Shown: piece by piece, positions 22,089-31,640 of the stretch
How the letters are laid out: the number at the start of each line of letters is the position of its first letter
Numbering within the stretch: position 1 is the first letter of the stretch
Assembly (NCBI GenBank): GCA_963675295.2
Contig: CAXXKJ010000002.1
Span: 2,720,001-2,784,000 of the forward strand
Source: a bacterium
GTDB lineage: Bacteria > Electryoneota > Electryoneia > Electryoneales > Electryoneaceae
Direction of reading: 5' to 3'
Length of the DNA: 64,000 bases
Notes under the pieces: model-generated
What the model was told of the DNA's origin: nothing
Seen by the model: only the letters and a program-made list of their open reading frames with translations
Databases searched by the model: none
Translations under genes and position numbers: made by a program

Positions 22089-22694
22089 TCACCCCACACT
22101 CAACCCACTGAACCCGAGGAACGCGATCGCCATCATGCCAGCCATGATGAAGGCGATCGGTACGCCTTGCAGCGGCTTGGGCACGTTGGCCAGGTCGAGA
22201 CGTTCACGGATACCGGCCATCAGCACCAGTGCGAGGGTGAAGCCGATACCGGCGGCGATACCGTTGACGACGGCTTCGAGCAGGTTGTAGCCTTCGTCAA
22301 TGTTGAGCACCGCGACGCCGAGCACCGCGCAGTTGGTGGTGATCAATGGCAGGAAGATACCGAGCGCCTGGTACAGTGCGGGCGCGGTCTTCTGGATCAC
22401 CATTTCGACGAACTGTACCAGCGACGCGATCACGAGAATGAACGAGATCGTGCGCAGGAAGGTGAGGTCGACACCCCACAGGTTGGTCGCCGGATCGAGC
22501 AGGTAGACGTAGACGATCCACGACACGAGGCTGGCGATGGTCATCACGAAGATCACCGCCATGCCCATCCCGATGGCGCTGGACAGGCTTTTCGATACGC
22601 CGATGTACGGGCAGATGCCGAGGAAGCGCATCAGCACGAAGTTGTTGATCAGGATCGACCCGACCGCGATGACAAACAGGTTGCCCCAATCCAT
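22089..22694 (-). CDS. rnfA: Rnf complex subunit A
   Basis: NNFVL.RFLGICP and LPLITTNCAVLG. Confidence 0.96.
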   Translation of the reverse strand: MDWGNLFVIAVGSILINNFVLMRFLGICPYIGVSKSLSSAIGMGMAVIFVMTIASLVSWIVYVYLLDPATNLWGVDLTFLRTISFILVIASLVQFVEMVIQKTAPALYQALGIFLPLITTNCAVLGVAVLNIDEGYNLLEAVVNGIAAGIGFTLALVLMAGIRERLDLANVPKPLQGVPIAFIMAGMMAIAFLGFSGLSVG

Positions 22695-23362
22695 CAGTCA
22701 ATCCCTCCGGCTTGCACCGGCTTTTCGGTGACGAATCCTGCGCGTTTCACGACTTCGTCCTTCATCTTCTTCGCCTTGACCTCGTCCCGCCAGTTGAACA
22801 GCGCGAGCAGCAGGCCCATGGTGATGAATGCGCCCGGCGCGAGCATCATCAGCAGCACGGGTTCAAACCCACCCGGCGCGACCGGAATGCCGAACCAGGT
22901 GCCGTTGCCGAGGATCTCGCGGACGGTGGCGATCATCGTCAGGGCGAGGGTGAAGCCGACGCCCATCCCCCACGCGTCAATGATCGACGGCAGCACGGTC
23001 TGCTTGCTGGCGAAACCTTCCGCGCGGCCGAGGATGATGCAGTTCACCACGATCAGCGGCACGAAGATGCCGAGTGCGCGGAACAATGCCGGCGCGTACG
23101 CCGCCATCACCATTTCGACGATGGTGACGAAGGTCGCGATGATCACGATGTACACCGGGATGCGGATCTTCGCCGGGACGCCCTTGCGGACGAGACTGAC
23201 GATCAGGTTTGACATCGTCAGCACGAAGATCACGGACACGCCCATGCCGATGGCGTTGAACACCGACGAGCTCACCGCCAGCGCGGGACACAGGCCCAAC
23301 GCCAGCCGGAGCACCGGATTCTCCGCAATCAGCCCTTTTGAGAATTCCTTGCCGAGGTTCAT
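22694..23362 (-). CDS. rnfE: Rnf complex subunit E
   Basis: LGLCPALAV, PLIVVNC.ILGRAE.FA and APGAF. Confidence 0.96.
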   Translation of the reverse strand: MNLGKEFSKGLIAENPVLRLALGLCPALAVSSSVFNAIGMGVSVIFVLTMSNLIVSLVRKGVPAKIRIPVYIVIIATFVTIVEMVMAAYAPALFRALGIFVPLIVVNCIILGRAEGFASKQTVLPSIIDAWGMGVGFTLALTMIATVREILGNGTWFGIPVAPGGFEPVLLMMLAPGAFITMGLLLALFNWRDEVKAKKMKDEVVKRAGFVTEKPVQAGGID

Positions 23363-23365
23363 GGT

Positions 23366-24064
23366 CTATTCCGCTTCTTCGTCTGAGTACTCGTCGACTT
23401 CCGACTCTTCGTCGTGGTACTCACGGTTCATGTCCACCGAATCGTCGAACTCTTCGCCGTTGCTGTCTTCCAACGACATGTCGTCACCGGCTGTCATACT
23501 GTCGCTGTCTGCCAAACGTTGCTGGATCTCAGCGGCGAGGTCGCGAACCGAGTTGGACAGCGCGCGGGAGGAAATTGTTGCGCCGGTGATGGCGTCAATG
23601 TCCCCACGATCCTGCACCACGGCCAGCGCGGACGCCAGCTTGCCCTTGAACTGACGCAGGAACCACGGATCGCTTTCGCCGGACTTGATCTCCTGCACCT
23701 TGGTGCCGAGGCCCGGTGTTTCCTGCTGGAACGTGACCTTCAGGCCGCTGACCTTAAAATCCTTGTCAAAGCCGGAGACGGTTTCAATCGTGCTCGAATA
23801 GCCCTTGCCGAGGGCGACGCCAGCGTACCCGATCAGGTTACCGTTCTCGTCGAACGCCTTCCAGTAGGTGAAGCTGTCCGCGCCGGAAACTTCCTCGAAA
23901 CGGATCGAATCGGCGAGCTCGGATACGACTTCCATGCGCGCCTGTTCCTGCTCGATGCGTTTGTTCTCGGCGATGATCGGGGCGGTGCTGGTGTTGAGCA
24001 ATGCCAACCCACCGGCCGCGACCGAGGCGATGAACATCAGGATGATGGCGAGTCGCAGAATCAT
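23366..24064 (-). CDS. rnfG: Rnf complex subunit G with acidic C-terminal tail
   Basis: N-terminal TM, ETPGLG and FMN-attachment motif DAITGATISS. Confidence 0.94.
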   Translation of the reverse strand: MILRLAIILMFIASVAAGGLALLNTSTAPIIAENKRIEQEQARMEVVSELADSIRFEEVSGADSFTYWKAFDENGNLIGYAGVALGKGYSSTIETVSGFDKDFKVSGLKVTFQQETPGLGTKVQEIKSGESDPWFLRQFKGKLASALAVVQDRGDIDAITGATISSRALSNSVRDLAAEIQQRLADSDSMTAGDDMSLEDSNGEEFDDSVDMNREYHDEESEVDEYSDEEAE

Positions 24065-24068
24065 GGTC

Positions 24069-25928
24069 TTACCCCCTCGCCTCTGCTGTGGCGACTTTGA
24101 CATGGCCAAAGCGCCGTGGTTTCGTGTACCGGTCGATCAGCGGCGTCGTCAGGTTCATCAGCAGGATTGCGTAGCTGACACCCTCCGGGTAGCCGCCGAT
24201 GAGACGGATCATCAGGGTGATTAACCCGCATCCGATGCCGAAGATGAGCCGTCCTTTCTTCGTAATCGGCGTGGTCACCATGTCGGTGGCCATGTAGACG
24301 GCACCGAGGATCAGACCACCGGCGAAGATGTGGAACAGCATGTCGCCGGAGAAGAAGCCGTCCGCGCCGCCGAACAACCAGCCTCCGATACCGACGGTGG
24401 CGATGAACGCGAACGGGGTGCGCCAGTCGATATAGCCCTTGTACAGCAGGTAAACGCCACCGATCAACAGCAGGATGGCCGAGGTTTCACCGATACAGCC
24501 GCCGGTGACGCCGATGACCATGTCAAGAATCTTGTCACCGGTCGAGTGCAGCACTTCCATTGCACGTGTGACTACGTCGTTCGGCAACCCTTCCGGATTC
24601 ACTACGGTCGAAATGGCGCTCTTGCGGACTTCCAGCGGTGTGGCGTAGGAGATGCCGTCCACCTTGATCGCGGCCGGATTGACAGCCCAAGTGAAGAAGT
24701 TGTAGCCCTGCATCTTCCACCAGAAGGCGGGCAGCCAGTCCTTGGTCATGTGTAACGGCCAGGAGGCGAGCAGGAACGCACGACCGATCAATGCAGGGTT
24801 CATCGGATTCCAACCCAATCCGCCGAACGGCATCTTGGCGATTGCAATCGCGAAGAACGCGCCGATGACCGGGATCCACCACGGTACACCCGGCGGCAAG
24901 TTGAAGGAAACCAGCAGGCCGGTGAGGAACGCGGAACCGTCCGCAACGGTGCTCTTCATCTTGAACACCTTTTGCAGGCCCCACTCCGTCAACATGGCGG
25001 CAGATGCACCCAACGCGACCAACACCAGCGCCCGGAAACCGAACACCCAGGTCGCGCCGATGGTCGCCGGGACAAGTGTTGCGGTCACGGTCCACATGAT
25101 CCGCCGCACGCTCTCCTTGTCGTGAATGTGCGGGGAACTGCTGAGGATGAATTTACGGGACGGGACCGCTGCTGTGTCCTTCTCTTTCTTGGCGGGTTTG
25201 TCGTCCTTGGCAGCCTTGGCGGGCCGCTCTTTTCGTTCCGGACGTTCCTTCATCGCTGGCTTTTCGTCACCACCCTCGGCAGCCGCGGCTTTCGCAGCTT
25301 TGCGTTCCGCGCGACGCTTCTCTTTTTCTTCGTCCGTCTCGGCGGGTTTATCGCCACTACCGGATTCAGACGCGGCAGCAGCCTTGGCTGCTTCACGGGC
25401 AGCTTTACGTTCCGCTTTACGGCGTTCCTTGTCGTCGTCGGATTCGTCGGGCTTGTCATCCCCACCGGCTTCAGCGGCGGCAGCAGCCTTGGCCGCTTCG
25501 CGGGCAGCCTTGCGTTCCGCCTTGCGACGCGCTTTCTCGTCGTCTTCGTCCGATGTCGCATCGGTGTCTGCGGCAGGCTTGGCTTCTTCAGCCGTGTCCG
25601 CACCAGCTTCAGCAGCGGCTGCGGCTTTTGCAGCTTCACGTGCGGCCTTGCGCTCCGCCTTACGACGGGCCTTTTCCGCTTCCTCATCGGATGGAGCATC
25701 GTCGGCTGCGGCTGCGGCTACAGGTTCAGGTGCGGGATCGTCACCCTCTCCCTCTGCGGCTTCGGCAGCCGCTTTGGCCTTTGCGGCCTCACGTGCTGCT
25801 TTACGTTCCGCTTTCCGGCGTGCCTTCTCGTCGTCGGCATCTCCGCCCGATACTTCCGGCGCATCGCTTTCCGGACGTTCGTCCGGAGCGTCGTTCTGCT
25901 TTTCGTCGTCTGGCGCGAAAGGACTCAT
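24069..25928 (-). CDS. rnfD: Rnf complex subunit D with long N-terminal repeat extension
   Basis: Core starts near SSSPHI; FGGLG.N.MNPA, SYATPL (FMN Thr), GCIGETS, MATD..T.P and YPEG. Confidence 0.94.
   Translation of the reverse strand: MSPFAPDDEKQNDAPDERPESDAPEVSGGDADDEKARRKAERKAAREAAKAKAAAEAAEGEGDDPAPEPVAAAAADDAPSDEEAEKARRKAERKAAREAAKAAAAAEAGADTAEEAKPAADTDATSDEDDEKARRKAERKAAREAAKAAAAAEAGGDDKPDESDDDKERRKAERKAAREAAKAAAASESGSGDKPAETDEEKEKRRAERKAAKAAAAEGGDEKPAMKERPERKERPAKAAKDDKPAKKEKDTAAVPSRKFILSSSPHIHDKESVRRIMWTVTATLVPATIGATWVFGFRALVLVALGASAAMLTEWGLQKVFKMKSTVADGSAFLTGLLVSFNLPPGVPWWIPVIGAFFAIAIAKMPFGGLGWNPMNPALIGRAFLLASWPLHMTKDWLPAFWWKMQGYNFFTWAVNPAAIKVDGISYATPLEVRKSAISTVVNPEGLPNDVVTRAMEVLHSTGDKILDMVIGVTGGCIGETSAILLLIGGVYLLYKGYIDWRTPFAFIATVGIGGWLFGGADGFFSGDMLFHIFAGGLILGAVYMATDMVTTPITKKGRLIFGIGCGLITLMIRLIGGYPEGVSYAILLMNLTTPLIDRYTKPRRFGHVKVATAEARG
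25280..25835 (-). repeat. Coding repeats within rnfD (EKARRKAERKAAREAAKAAAAAE-like, ~5 copies)
   Basis: Four near-identical copies and one shortened copy visible in protein and DNA; boundaries approximate. Confidence 0.9.
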
Positions 25929-25931
25929 CGC

Positions 25932-27275
25932 TTACGCCGCCTTCTCTTTTTTCGTCGTGGCTTTCCGTTTCTCGGCCATCACGGCGGCCTTGCCGAAACG
26001 GATATGCTGGACCAGGTTGCGGTGCGCGGGACAGATGTAGGTGCAGGAACCGCACTCGATGCATTCGAGCACGCCCAATCCTTCCGCGTCTTCCAACCGT
26101 TCCAGTTCACTCAAACGGGCGATGTTCGTCGGAAGCAGGAACACAGGGCAAACCGACACGCAACGGCCGCAGCCGATGCACGGTTCCTCGTCCCCGATGG
26201 TCGCCTGTTCCTTGTTGAGCACGAGCACGCCTGACGTTCCCTTGATCACCGGGACTTCGTCCGTCCACAGCGCGTTGCCCATCATCGGGCCGCCCATGAT
26301 CAGCTTGGCGGCGTCGTCGGTGTAGCCACCGGCGGCTTCGATCAGGTGGGTCAACGGCGTGCCGATTTTCGCGAGCACGTTCGTCGGCTGCTTGACGCCG
26401 GAACCGGTAATGGTGACATACCGTTCGATCAACGGTTTCTGCCAGCGTACAGCTTCGTAAATCGCGACACAGGACCCGACGTTCTGCACGACGCAGCCAA
26501 CATCCATCGGCAACGCCGGCGGCGGCGGAACCTCACGGCCGGTCAGCGCGCTGATCAGCTGCTTTTCCGCGCCCTGCGGATACTTGACCGGCAGCATCTC
26601 GACCTGAATCGAGGAATCCAGCGACGCGGCCGCTTTCTTCAGACTTTCGAAGGCATCCGGCTTGTTGTCCTCGACCGCCAAGAACAGCTTTTTCGCGTTG
26701 ACCGTGTTTCGGACCAGCATTGCGCCGCGCACGATATCTTCCGCCCGTTCCAGCATCAGACGATGGTCGCTGGTCAGGTACGGTTCGCACTCGGCACCGT
26801 TGATGATCACGGTGTCGATCGGCTTGGCGTCCGGTGGGGACAGCTTGACATGCGTCGGGAACGCCGCGCCGCCCATCCCGGCGATACCGGCGTTCTTCAC
26901 GCGTTCACGAATCACTTCCGGAGTTGCGTCGGCCCAGTTCGGATCTTCCTCGCCCTTGCCGTCACCGCCGTCATCCTTCGTCTCGATCACGACGGTCATC
27001 ATTTCCTTGCCGACCGGATTCGCGTACGGGATAACATCCTTGACGACGCCACTGACAGGGGCGTGCGCTGGAATCGACACAAAGCCGCCGGGCTGCGTCA
27101 ACGGCTGGCCAACGGTGACCTCGTCCTTTTTCTTCACCACGGGCACGCCGGGCGCGCCGATATGCTGCTGAATCGGAACGTAGATCAGCTCGGGAACGGG
27201 TAGCGGGGTTGTCGCGACACCGGATGTGAGTTTGAACTCAGGAGGGTGGGTGCCGCCGCGGAAAGTTTTCTTCAC
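25932..27275 (-). CDS. rnfC: Rnf complex subunit C
   Basis: QHIGAP, GMGGAAFPT.VK, NGAECEPYLTSD, YPQGAEKQLI and two CxxCxxCxxxCP motifs. Confidence 0.96.
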   Translation of the reverse strand: MKKTFRGGTHPPEFKLTSGVATTPLPVPELIYVPIQQHIGAPGVPVVKKKDEVTVGQPLTQPGGFVSIPAHAPVSGVVKDVIPYANPVGKEMMTVVIETKDDGGDGKGEEDPNWADATPEVIRERVKNAGIAGMGGAAFPTHVKLSPPDAKPIDTVIINGAECEPYLTSDHRLMLERAEDIVRGAMLVRNTVNAKKLFLAVEDNKPDAFESLKKAAASLDSSIQVEMLPVKYPQGAEKQLISALTGREVPPPPALPMDVGCVVQNVGSCVAIYEAVRWQKPLIERYVTITGSGVKQPTNVLAKIGTPLTHLIEAAGGYTDDAAKLIMGGPMMGNALWTDEVPVIKGTSGVLVLNKEQATIGDEEPCIGCGRCVSVCPVFLLPTNIARLSELERLEDAEGLGVLECIECGSCTYICPAHRNLVQHIRFGKAAVMAEKRKATTKKEKAA

Positions 27276-27718
27276 GATAGCTTCCGAACCTCCTCGGTAA
27301 ATTCGCCAGCGTCTTCGAACCGGCGGTACACGGATGCGTAACGGATGTAGGCGACTTCGTCGATCTTTTTCAGCTCGTCCATCACAATCAGGCCGATGTC
27401 GCGGCTGTTGACATCCTTGGTGGCCTGAGAATGGAGAATGGATTCGACGCGGTCGGTAATCTGGTCGAGCTGCGCCATGGTCATCGGGCGCTTGATGCTG
27501 GCCAGACGGATACCATTGAGCAACTTGTTGCGGTCGTATTCCTCGAGGCTGCCGTCACGTTTGATGACTTGCAACCCCAACCGCTCGACGGCTTCACGGG
27601 TCGTGAACCGGCGTCCGCACTCATCGCAGTGCCGACGTCTCCGGATCGACTTCTCGTCCTTTGATGGACGGCTGTCGATCACCTTGTTGTTGAGACTGCC
27701 ACAAAATGGACAGCGCAT
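27272..27718 (-). CDS. nrdR: Transcriptional repressor NrdR
   Basis: MRCPFC, DSR, RRRRHC..C..RFTT.E, ATP-cone and VAYIRYASVYRRF. Confidence 0.97.
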   Translation of the reverse strand: MRCPFCGSLNNKVIDSRPSKDEKSIRRRRHCDECGRRFTTREAVERLGLQVIKRDGSLEEYDRNKLLNGIRLASIKRPMTMAQLDQITDRVESILHSQATKDVNSRDIGLIVMDELKKIDEVAYIRYASVYRRFEDAGEFTEEVRKLS

Positions 27719-27773
27719 AGTACCCGCGTAGCGTTGCGAGTCCTCTTTCCCCCGTGGACTCGGCGTGTTCTTC

Positions 27774-27792
27774 ATGCGACAAGTGTCACAAA
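27774..27792 (-). promoter_or_regulatory. Candidate Rex/CRP-like operator upstream of nrdR-rnf, site 1
   Basis: Minus strand TTTGTGA-CACTTG-TCGCAT. Confidence 0.4.
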
Positions 27793-27930
27793 CCAACTCA
27801 GCCGTTATGCAGTTACAGCGATAACCGGCTTATTCACGTTCGCTAACAATCCGCCGCAAGTAAAACCAGAACTGTTGTTGCAGCGATACAGCCTTACTTA
27901 TGAACGCTAACAGGGTTGAAAAAGCGGACC

Positions 27931-27948
27931 TCGTGACACCGTTCACGT
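27931..27948 (+). promoter_or_regulatory. Candidate Rex/CRP-like operator upstream of nrdR-rnf, site 2
   Basis: TCGTGA-CACCGT-TCACGT. Confidence 0.4.
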
Positions 27949-27956
27949 AAAGCTAC

Positions 27957-27991
27957 AAAAGAAGCTCGCCCACATCTATTGTTGGGCGAGC
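27957..27991 (-). terminator. Intrinsic terminator after glyA
   Basis: GCTCGCCCA/TGGGCGAGC stem followed by TTCTTTT on the minus strand. Confidence 0.7.
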
Positions 27992-28009
27992 CTTACAGAT
28001 AGCTGCTTC

Positions 28010-29338
28010 TTACCACGCAAAATGCGGGAAGCCGGACGCCATCTCCTTGACTTCCTCACGCACCGCGCGGTGCATCTCCTTGTCCTCGACATCGGACAGC
28101 ACGCGATCGATCCAGGCGGCGATTTTCTTCATCTCGTCCGAGCCCATGCCGCGTGTCGTCAACGCCGGCGTTCCGATACGGATGCCGGAGGTGACGAACG
28201 GGCTCTTCTGGTCGCCCGGCACCATGTTCTTGTTCGTGGTGATACCGGATCGGACCAATGCCAACTCGGACGCCTTGCCGGTCAGATCCTTCGGCGACAG
28301 ATCGATCAGCATCAGGTGGTTGTCGGTGCCGTCGGAAACCAGCTTGAAGCCAAGCCGCATCAGTTCGTCGGCGAGCGTTTTCGCGTTGTCGACGACCTGC
28401 TTCATGTACGTCTTGAATTCCGGCTTCAGCGCTTCCTTGAACGCGACCGCCTTGCCCGCGATGACGTGCATCAATGGTCCACCCTGCAGGCCCGGGAAGG
28501 TGACGGAATCGATCGCTTCCGGAACCGTCTTCGGCTTCGGCGGCATGCCCTCGAGGAAGATCTCGCCCTCTTCGAAACTGGAGAGGACCAACCCGCCACG
28601 CGGACCGCGCAGGGTCTTGTGCGTGGTGGAGGTGACGGCGTGCGCGAACGGCAGTGGATCCGGGTGCAGGCCCGCTGCGACCAATCCGGCGAAGTGCGCC
28701 ATGTCGGCCAGCAGATACGCTCCGACCTCATCCGCGATCTCACGGAACTTCTCGAAGTCCCAGAATCGTGGGTAGGCAGACGCGCCGGTGACGATCAGCT
28801 TCGGCTTGACCTCACGTGCCAGCTTGGCGATGGAGTCCATGTCGAGCCGTCCGGTGTCCATGTTCAGCTCGTACGGGTGGACGTCGTAGAAGCGGCCGGA
28901 TACGTTGACCGGGCTGCCGTGCGTCAGATGGCCACCGTGGTTCAGATGCAGTCCCATGATGGGGATTTTCTTTCCCCCATCCGCGAACGGATGCACCAAC
29001 GCGAAGTACACCGCCTGATTCGCCTGGGAGCCGCTGTGCGGCTGAACGTTCGCCCATTTGGCGCCGAACAGCTCGCAGGCACGGTCACGCGCCAGGTCTT
29101 CCGCCACATCGACGAACTTGCAGCCGCCGTAGTACCGCTTCTTCGGGTAGCCTTCGGCGTACTTGTTCGTCATCACCGAACCCACCGCCTGCTGCACGGC
29201 CGGGCTGACGATATTCTCGCTGGCGATCAGTTCCAGGGTATTGGTCTGACGGTCGGTTTCGAGCTGAATCGCTTCCGCGATTTCGGGATCGAAATCCCTG
29301 ACGGCGTCGATGGAAGGAATGGCGTGCTTGTCGGCCAT
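28010..29338 (-). CDS. glyA: Serine hydroxymethyltransferase
   Basis: [28 protein letters not shown] and [12 protein letters not shown]. Confidence 0.98.
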   Translation of the reverse strand: MADKHAIPSIDAVRDFDPEIAEAIQLETDRQTNTLELIASENIVSPAVQQAVGSVMTNKYAEGYPKKRYYGGCKFVDVAEDLARDRACELFGAKWANVQPHSGSQANQAVYFALVHPFADGGKKIPIMGLHLNHGGHLTHGSPVNVSGRFYDVHPYELNMDTGRLDMDSIAKLAREVKPKLIVTGASAYPRFWDFEKFREIADEVGAYLLADMAHFAGLVAAGLHPDPLPFAHAVTSTTHKTLRGPRGGLVLSSFEEGEIFLEGMPPKPKTVPEAIDSVTFPGLQGGPLMHVIAGKAVAFKEALKPEFKTYMKQVVDNAKTLADELMRLGFKLVSDGTDNHLMLIDLSPKDLTGKASELALVRSGITTNKNMVPGDQKSPFVTSGIRIGTPALTTRGMGSDEMKKIAAWIDRVLSDVEDKEMHRAVREEVKEMASGFPHFAW

Positions 29339-29438
29339 GGCTGTGCCTCTGCGCTAATCATTTCACGAATTGGCACAAAATATACGGCATCGCGCGAGCA
29401 AAAACGAGGTCGCCCTCTCAGGGGTGAAACAACGGACT

Positions 29439-29637
29439 TGAGATCTGAGATGTGAGATGTGAGATGTGAGATGTGAGATGTGAGAAGCTAGATCCGAAGA
29501 ACAAATAGACTCTCGTTGATCATCAAGAGTCTTACTTGCAATACGTGTATCACGTCTCGACACAAGTGGTCGTTGATGCTTTCGTCATAGAGCGTGACTT
29601 TGTGTTTGTCTCATATCTCATGTCTCATATCTCACAT
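29439..29637. repeat. Inverted heptamer tandem arrays (TGAGATG)n ... (TRTCTCA)n
   Basis: tgagatc + 5x tgagatg + tgaga at 29439-29485; tgtctca-tatctca-tgtctca-tatctca from 29607. Confidence 0.9.
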
Positions 29638-29642
29638 CCATA

Positions 29643-30089
29643 TTAACAATCCTTTGCCTTGATCAGGCCGACACGCTGTTCATGGCGTCCGGTGCCGGGC
29701 TCAGTGGTCAGCCAGCCGTGGACTGCGGCCCATGCAGTATCTGGGTGGGTCGTGCGTCCGCCGAGTGCGAGCATGTTGGCGTGGTTGTGTTCGGCGGCCA
29801 GCCTGCCCTCTTCCTCGCTGTTCACCTTGGCGCAGTAGACACCGTGCACCTTGTTCGCGGCGATGGACATGCCGATACCGGTCCCGCAGACCAGAATTCC
29901 GTGCGAGAATTCGCCGGATGCGACTTTCTTGGCCGCCTCGAACGCGTAGTCCGGGTAATTGACGCTGTCGGTGGTATGCGTGCCGAGGTCGGTGACATCG
30001 TACCCGGCGTCGCGGAGGCGTGAAACGAGTTCGTTTTTCAGGTCGATGCCGCCGTGATCCGAGGCGATGACGAGTTTATCGCTAGCCAT
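29643..30089 (-). CDS. rpiB: Ribose-5-phosphate isomerase B
   Basis: ASDHGG, CGTGIGMSIAANKV.G, HNHANML.LG and GRH..RV. Confidence 0.96.
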   Translation of the reverse strand: MASDKLVIASDHGGIDLKNELVSRLRDAGYDVTDLGTHTTDSVNYPDYAFEAAKKVASGEFSHGILVCGTGIGMSIAANKVHGVYCAKVNSEEEGRLAAEHNHANMLALGGRTTHPDTAWAAVHGWLTTEPGTGRHEQRVGLIKAKDC

Positions 30090-30109
30090 GAGGTATCTCG
30101 CGTCTAAGA

Positions 30110-30191
30110 GGGGACACTTTGTCCTCAAAGTGTCCCTGAGTGTTTTATGTTGCTACCGGGGACACTTTCGGAGAAAGTGTCCCCGGTAGCA
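30110..30191. repeat. Two GGGGACACTT-family hairpins
   Basis: GGGACACTTTG-TCCT-CAAAGTGTCCC, then a 19-bp stem TGCTACCGGGGACACTTTC-GGA-GAAAGTGTCCCCGGTAGCA. Confidence 0.8.
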
Positions 30192-30231
30192 TATCTTTGC
30201 CCGTTTCGCTGTCTGAATTTCAGCGTCAATG

Positions 30232-30262
30232 ATAAACGGGCTGCCAGCATGCGGCAGCCCGT
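30232..30262 (-). terminator. Probable terminator after the TPR gene
   Basis: ACGGGCTGCC-7 nt-GGCAGCCCGT followed by a short T-rich run on the minus strand. Confidence 0.55.
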
Positions 30263-30292
30263 GATACGATCAGATCATGCGAAACCCTGCTG

Positions 30293-31606
30293 CTAGCCGG
30301 CGAACTGGCTGAGGTAAGTTTCGATGTACTTGGTCTCGGACCAGGACGCGTTGATCCAGCTATAGCAGCCCTTCGACGGCATCTTCTTCGTCTGGTTCAG
30401 GAACCAGTCAGCCTTCTGCGGGGCGAACTGCTTCATGTATTCAACGCGGCTGACGGCTTTGCCCTTGATGTTGTAATCATCGCTCGCCGCTGCCTTTTCG
30501 AACAGGCCCAGGGCGATGGTGTACACGAGCTTATCGTCGTACTCAAGGCCACCGGCGGAGCATTCGTCGCCGGCCGATTCGTAGGTCAGACCGAGGATGT
30601 AGTCAGCTTCGCCGACACTGCCGCCGGCGTTCTTCGCCTTGTTGACCCAGGTGCGGGCGGAACTGAAGCGACCCAGCAGACGCTGGTTGTCGGCGATTCG
30701 CAGCATCGCGTCGCCATTGCCCGGATCCTTCGCGAGCAGGGCTTCATAGGTCGCGATCGACTGGTCGAGCTGGTTGAGGTTATCGTACGCCTTCGCCTTG
30801 GCGCGGTACACCTCGATCCTGGTCGCATCACGCATCAGGATTTCGTCCGCCTGCTCGATCACCTTCTGGTTCTGGCTCTGGTCCTGGTAGGCACGCAGCA
30901 GATCCATCCGCTTCTGCATGTCGTCCGGGTTCGACACGATTTCTTCTTCAAGACGGGTGATGTATTCCGCCGGGTCACGGTGCATGCGAACCAGCGCGGT
31001 TAGAGAATTTTTTGCGCCAGTGTCATCCGGGGCGATACTCAACAGGGATTCGTACGCGGAGATGGCAGCTTCGGGATCCTGGAGCGCTTCGTGCAGCTCG
31101 GCCTTCTTGCGCAGATACTCGATGCGGTCAGTATCAGAGATGTCGCCTTCGAGCGCCTTGTCATAGTGCAGCAGAGCGGTCTCGTATTCACCCTTCGCCT
31201 TGAGGATGAAGCCGTAGGTGGCGTTCAGGAAGGGGTCGGCCGGGTGCTTGTCGAGACCCTGCTCGAGCACGATCTGGGCGCTGTCCGGCTGGCCAAGTTC
31301 CATGTAGATCTGGTAGAGACGGTCCCAGTCGTTGTACTGGTCCTTGACATCAAGGTCGATCACCGTCCACAGGTAGTCCTTCGCATCTTCCCACTGCTGT
31401 GCCTTGAGCTTGTCGTACGCGAACATGCGCGCCTTCTTCAGCTCAAATTCGTTTGCCTTGGCAATGGAATCCTGGCGTGCCGCGAGTTCTTCCGGCGTGG
31501 GTTCACGCACGACTTCAGTCGCCGCGCAGCCCATCAGCAGCATCGTCCCTGCAATCAGCAGCAGCATCAGCGCTGTCACCAAGGTTCGCATCTTCATCGT
31601 TGCCAT
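30293..31606 (-). CDS. Tetratricopeptide-repeat lipoprotein
   Basis: Lipobox-like LMGC and repeated helical TPR-like units ending in P (DKHP, SIAP, SNP, KDP). Confidence 0.8.
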   Translation of the reverse strand: MATMKMRTLVTALMLLLIAGTMLLMGCAATEVVREPTPEELAARQDSIAKANEFELKKARMFAYDKLKAQQWEDAKDYLWTVIDLDVKDQYNDWDRLYQIYMELGQPDSAQIVLEQGLDKHPADPFLNATYGFILKAKGEYETALLHYDKALEGDISDTDRIEYLRKKAELHEALQDPEAAISAYESLLSIAPDDTGAKNSLTALVRMHRDPAEYITRLEEEIVSNPDDMQKRMDLLRAYQDQSQNQKVIEQADEILMRDATRIEVYRAKAKAYDNLNQLDQSIATYEALLAKDPGNGDAMLRIADNQRLLGRFSSARTWVNKAKNAGGSVGEADYILGLTYESAGDECSAGGLEYDDKLVYTIALGLFEKAAASDDYNIKGKAVSRVEYMKQFAPQKADWFLNQTKKMPSKGCYSWINASWSETKYIETYLSQFAG

Positions 31607-31640
31607 CTCCCCATCCGTATCGTTCTGCTACACGTGTTGT

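Noticed and set aside
25126-26040. Ala/Ser-rich 304-aa plus-strand ORF
   Set aside because: Mirror of the rnfD coding repeats on the opposite strand.
27968-27983. NrdR box upstream of nrdR
   Set aside because: Weak match with several mismatches, and it lies inside the glyA terminator hairpin.
29339-29642. ZTP or glycine riboswitch upstream of glyA
   Set aside because: Consensus elements not found by eye; region is explained by heptamer arrays. An Rfam scan would settle it.
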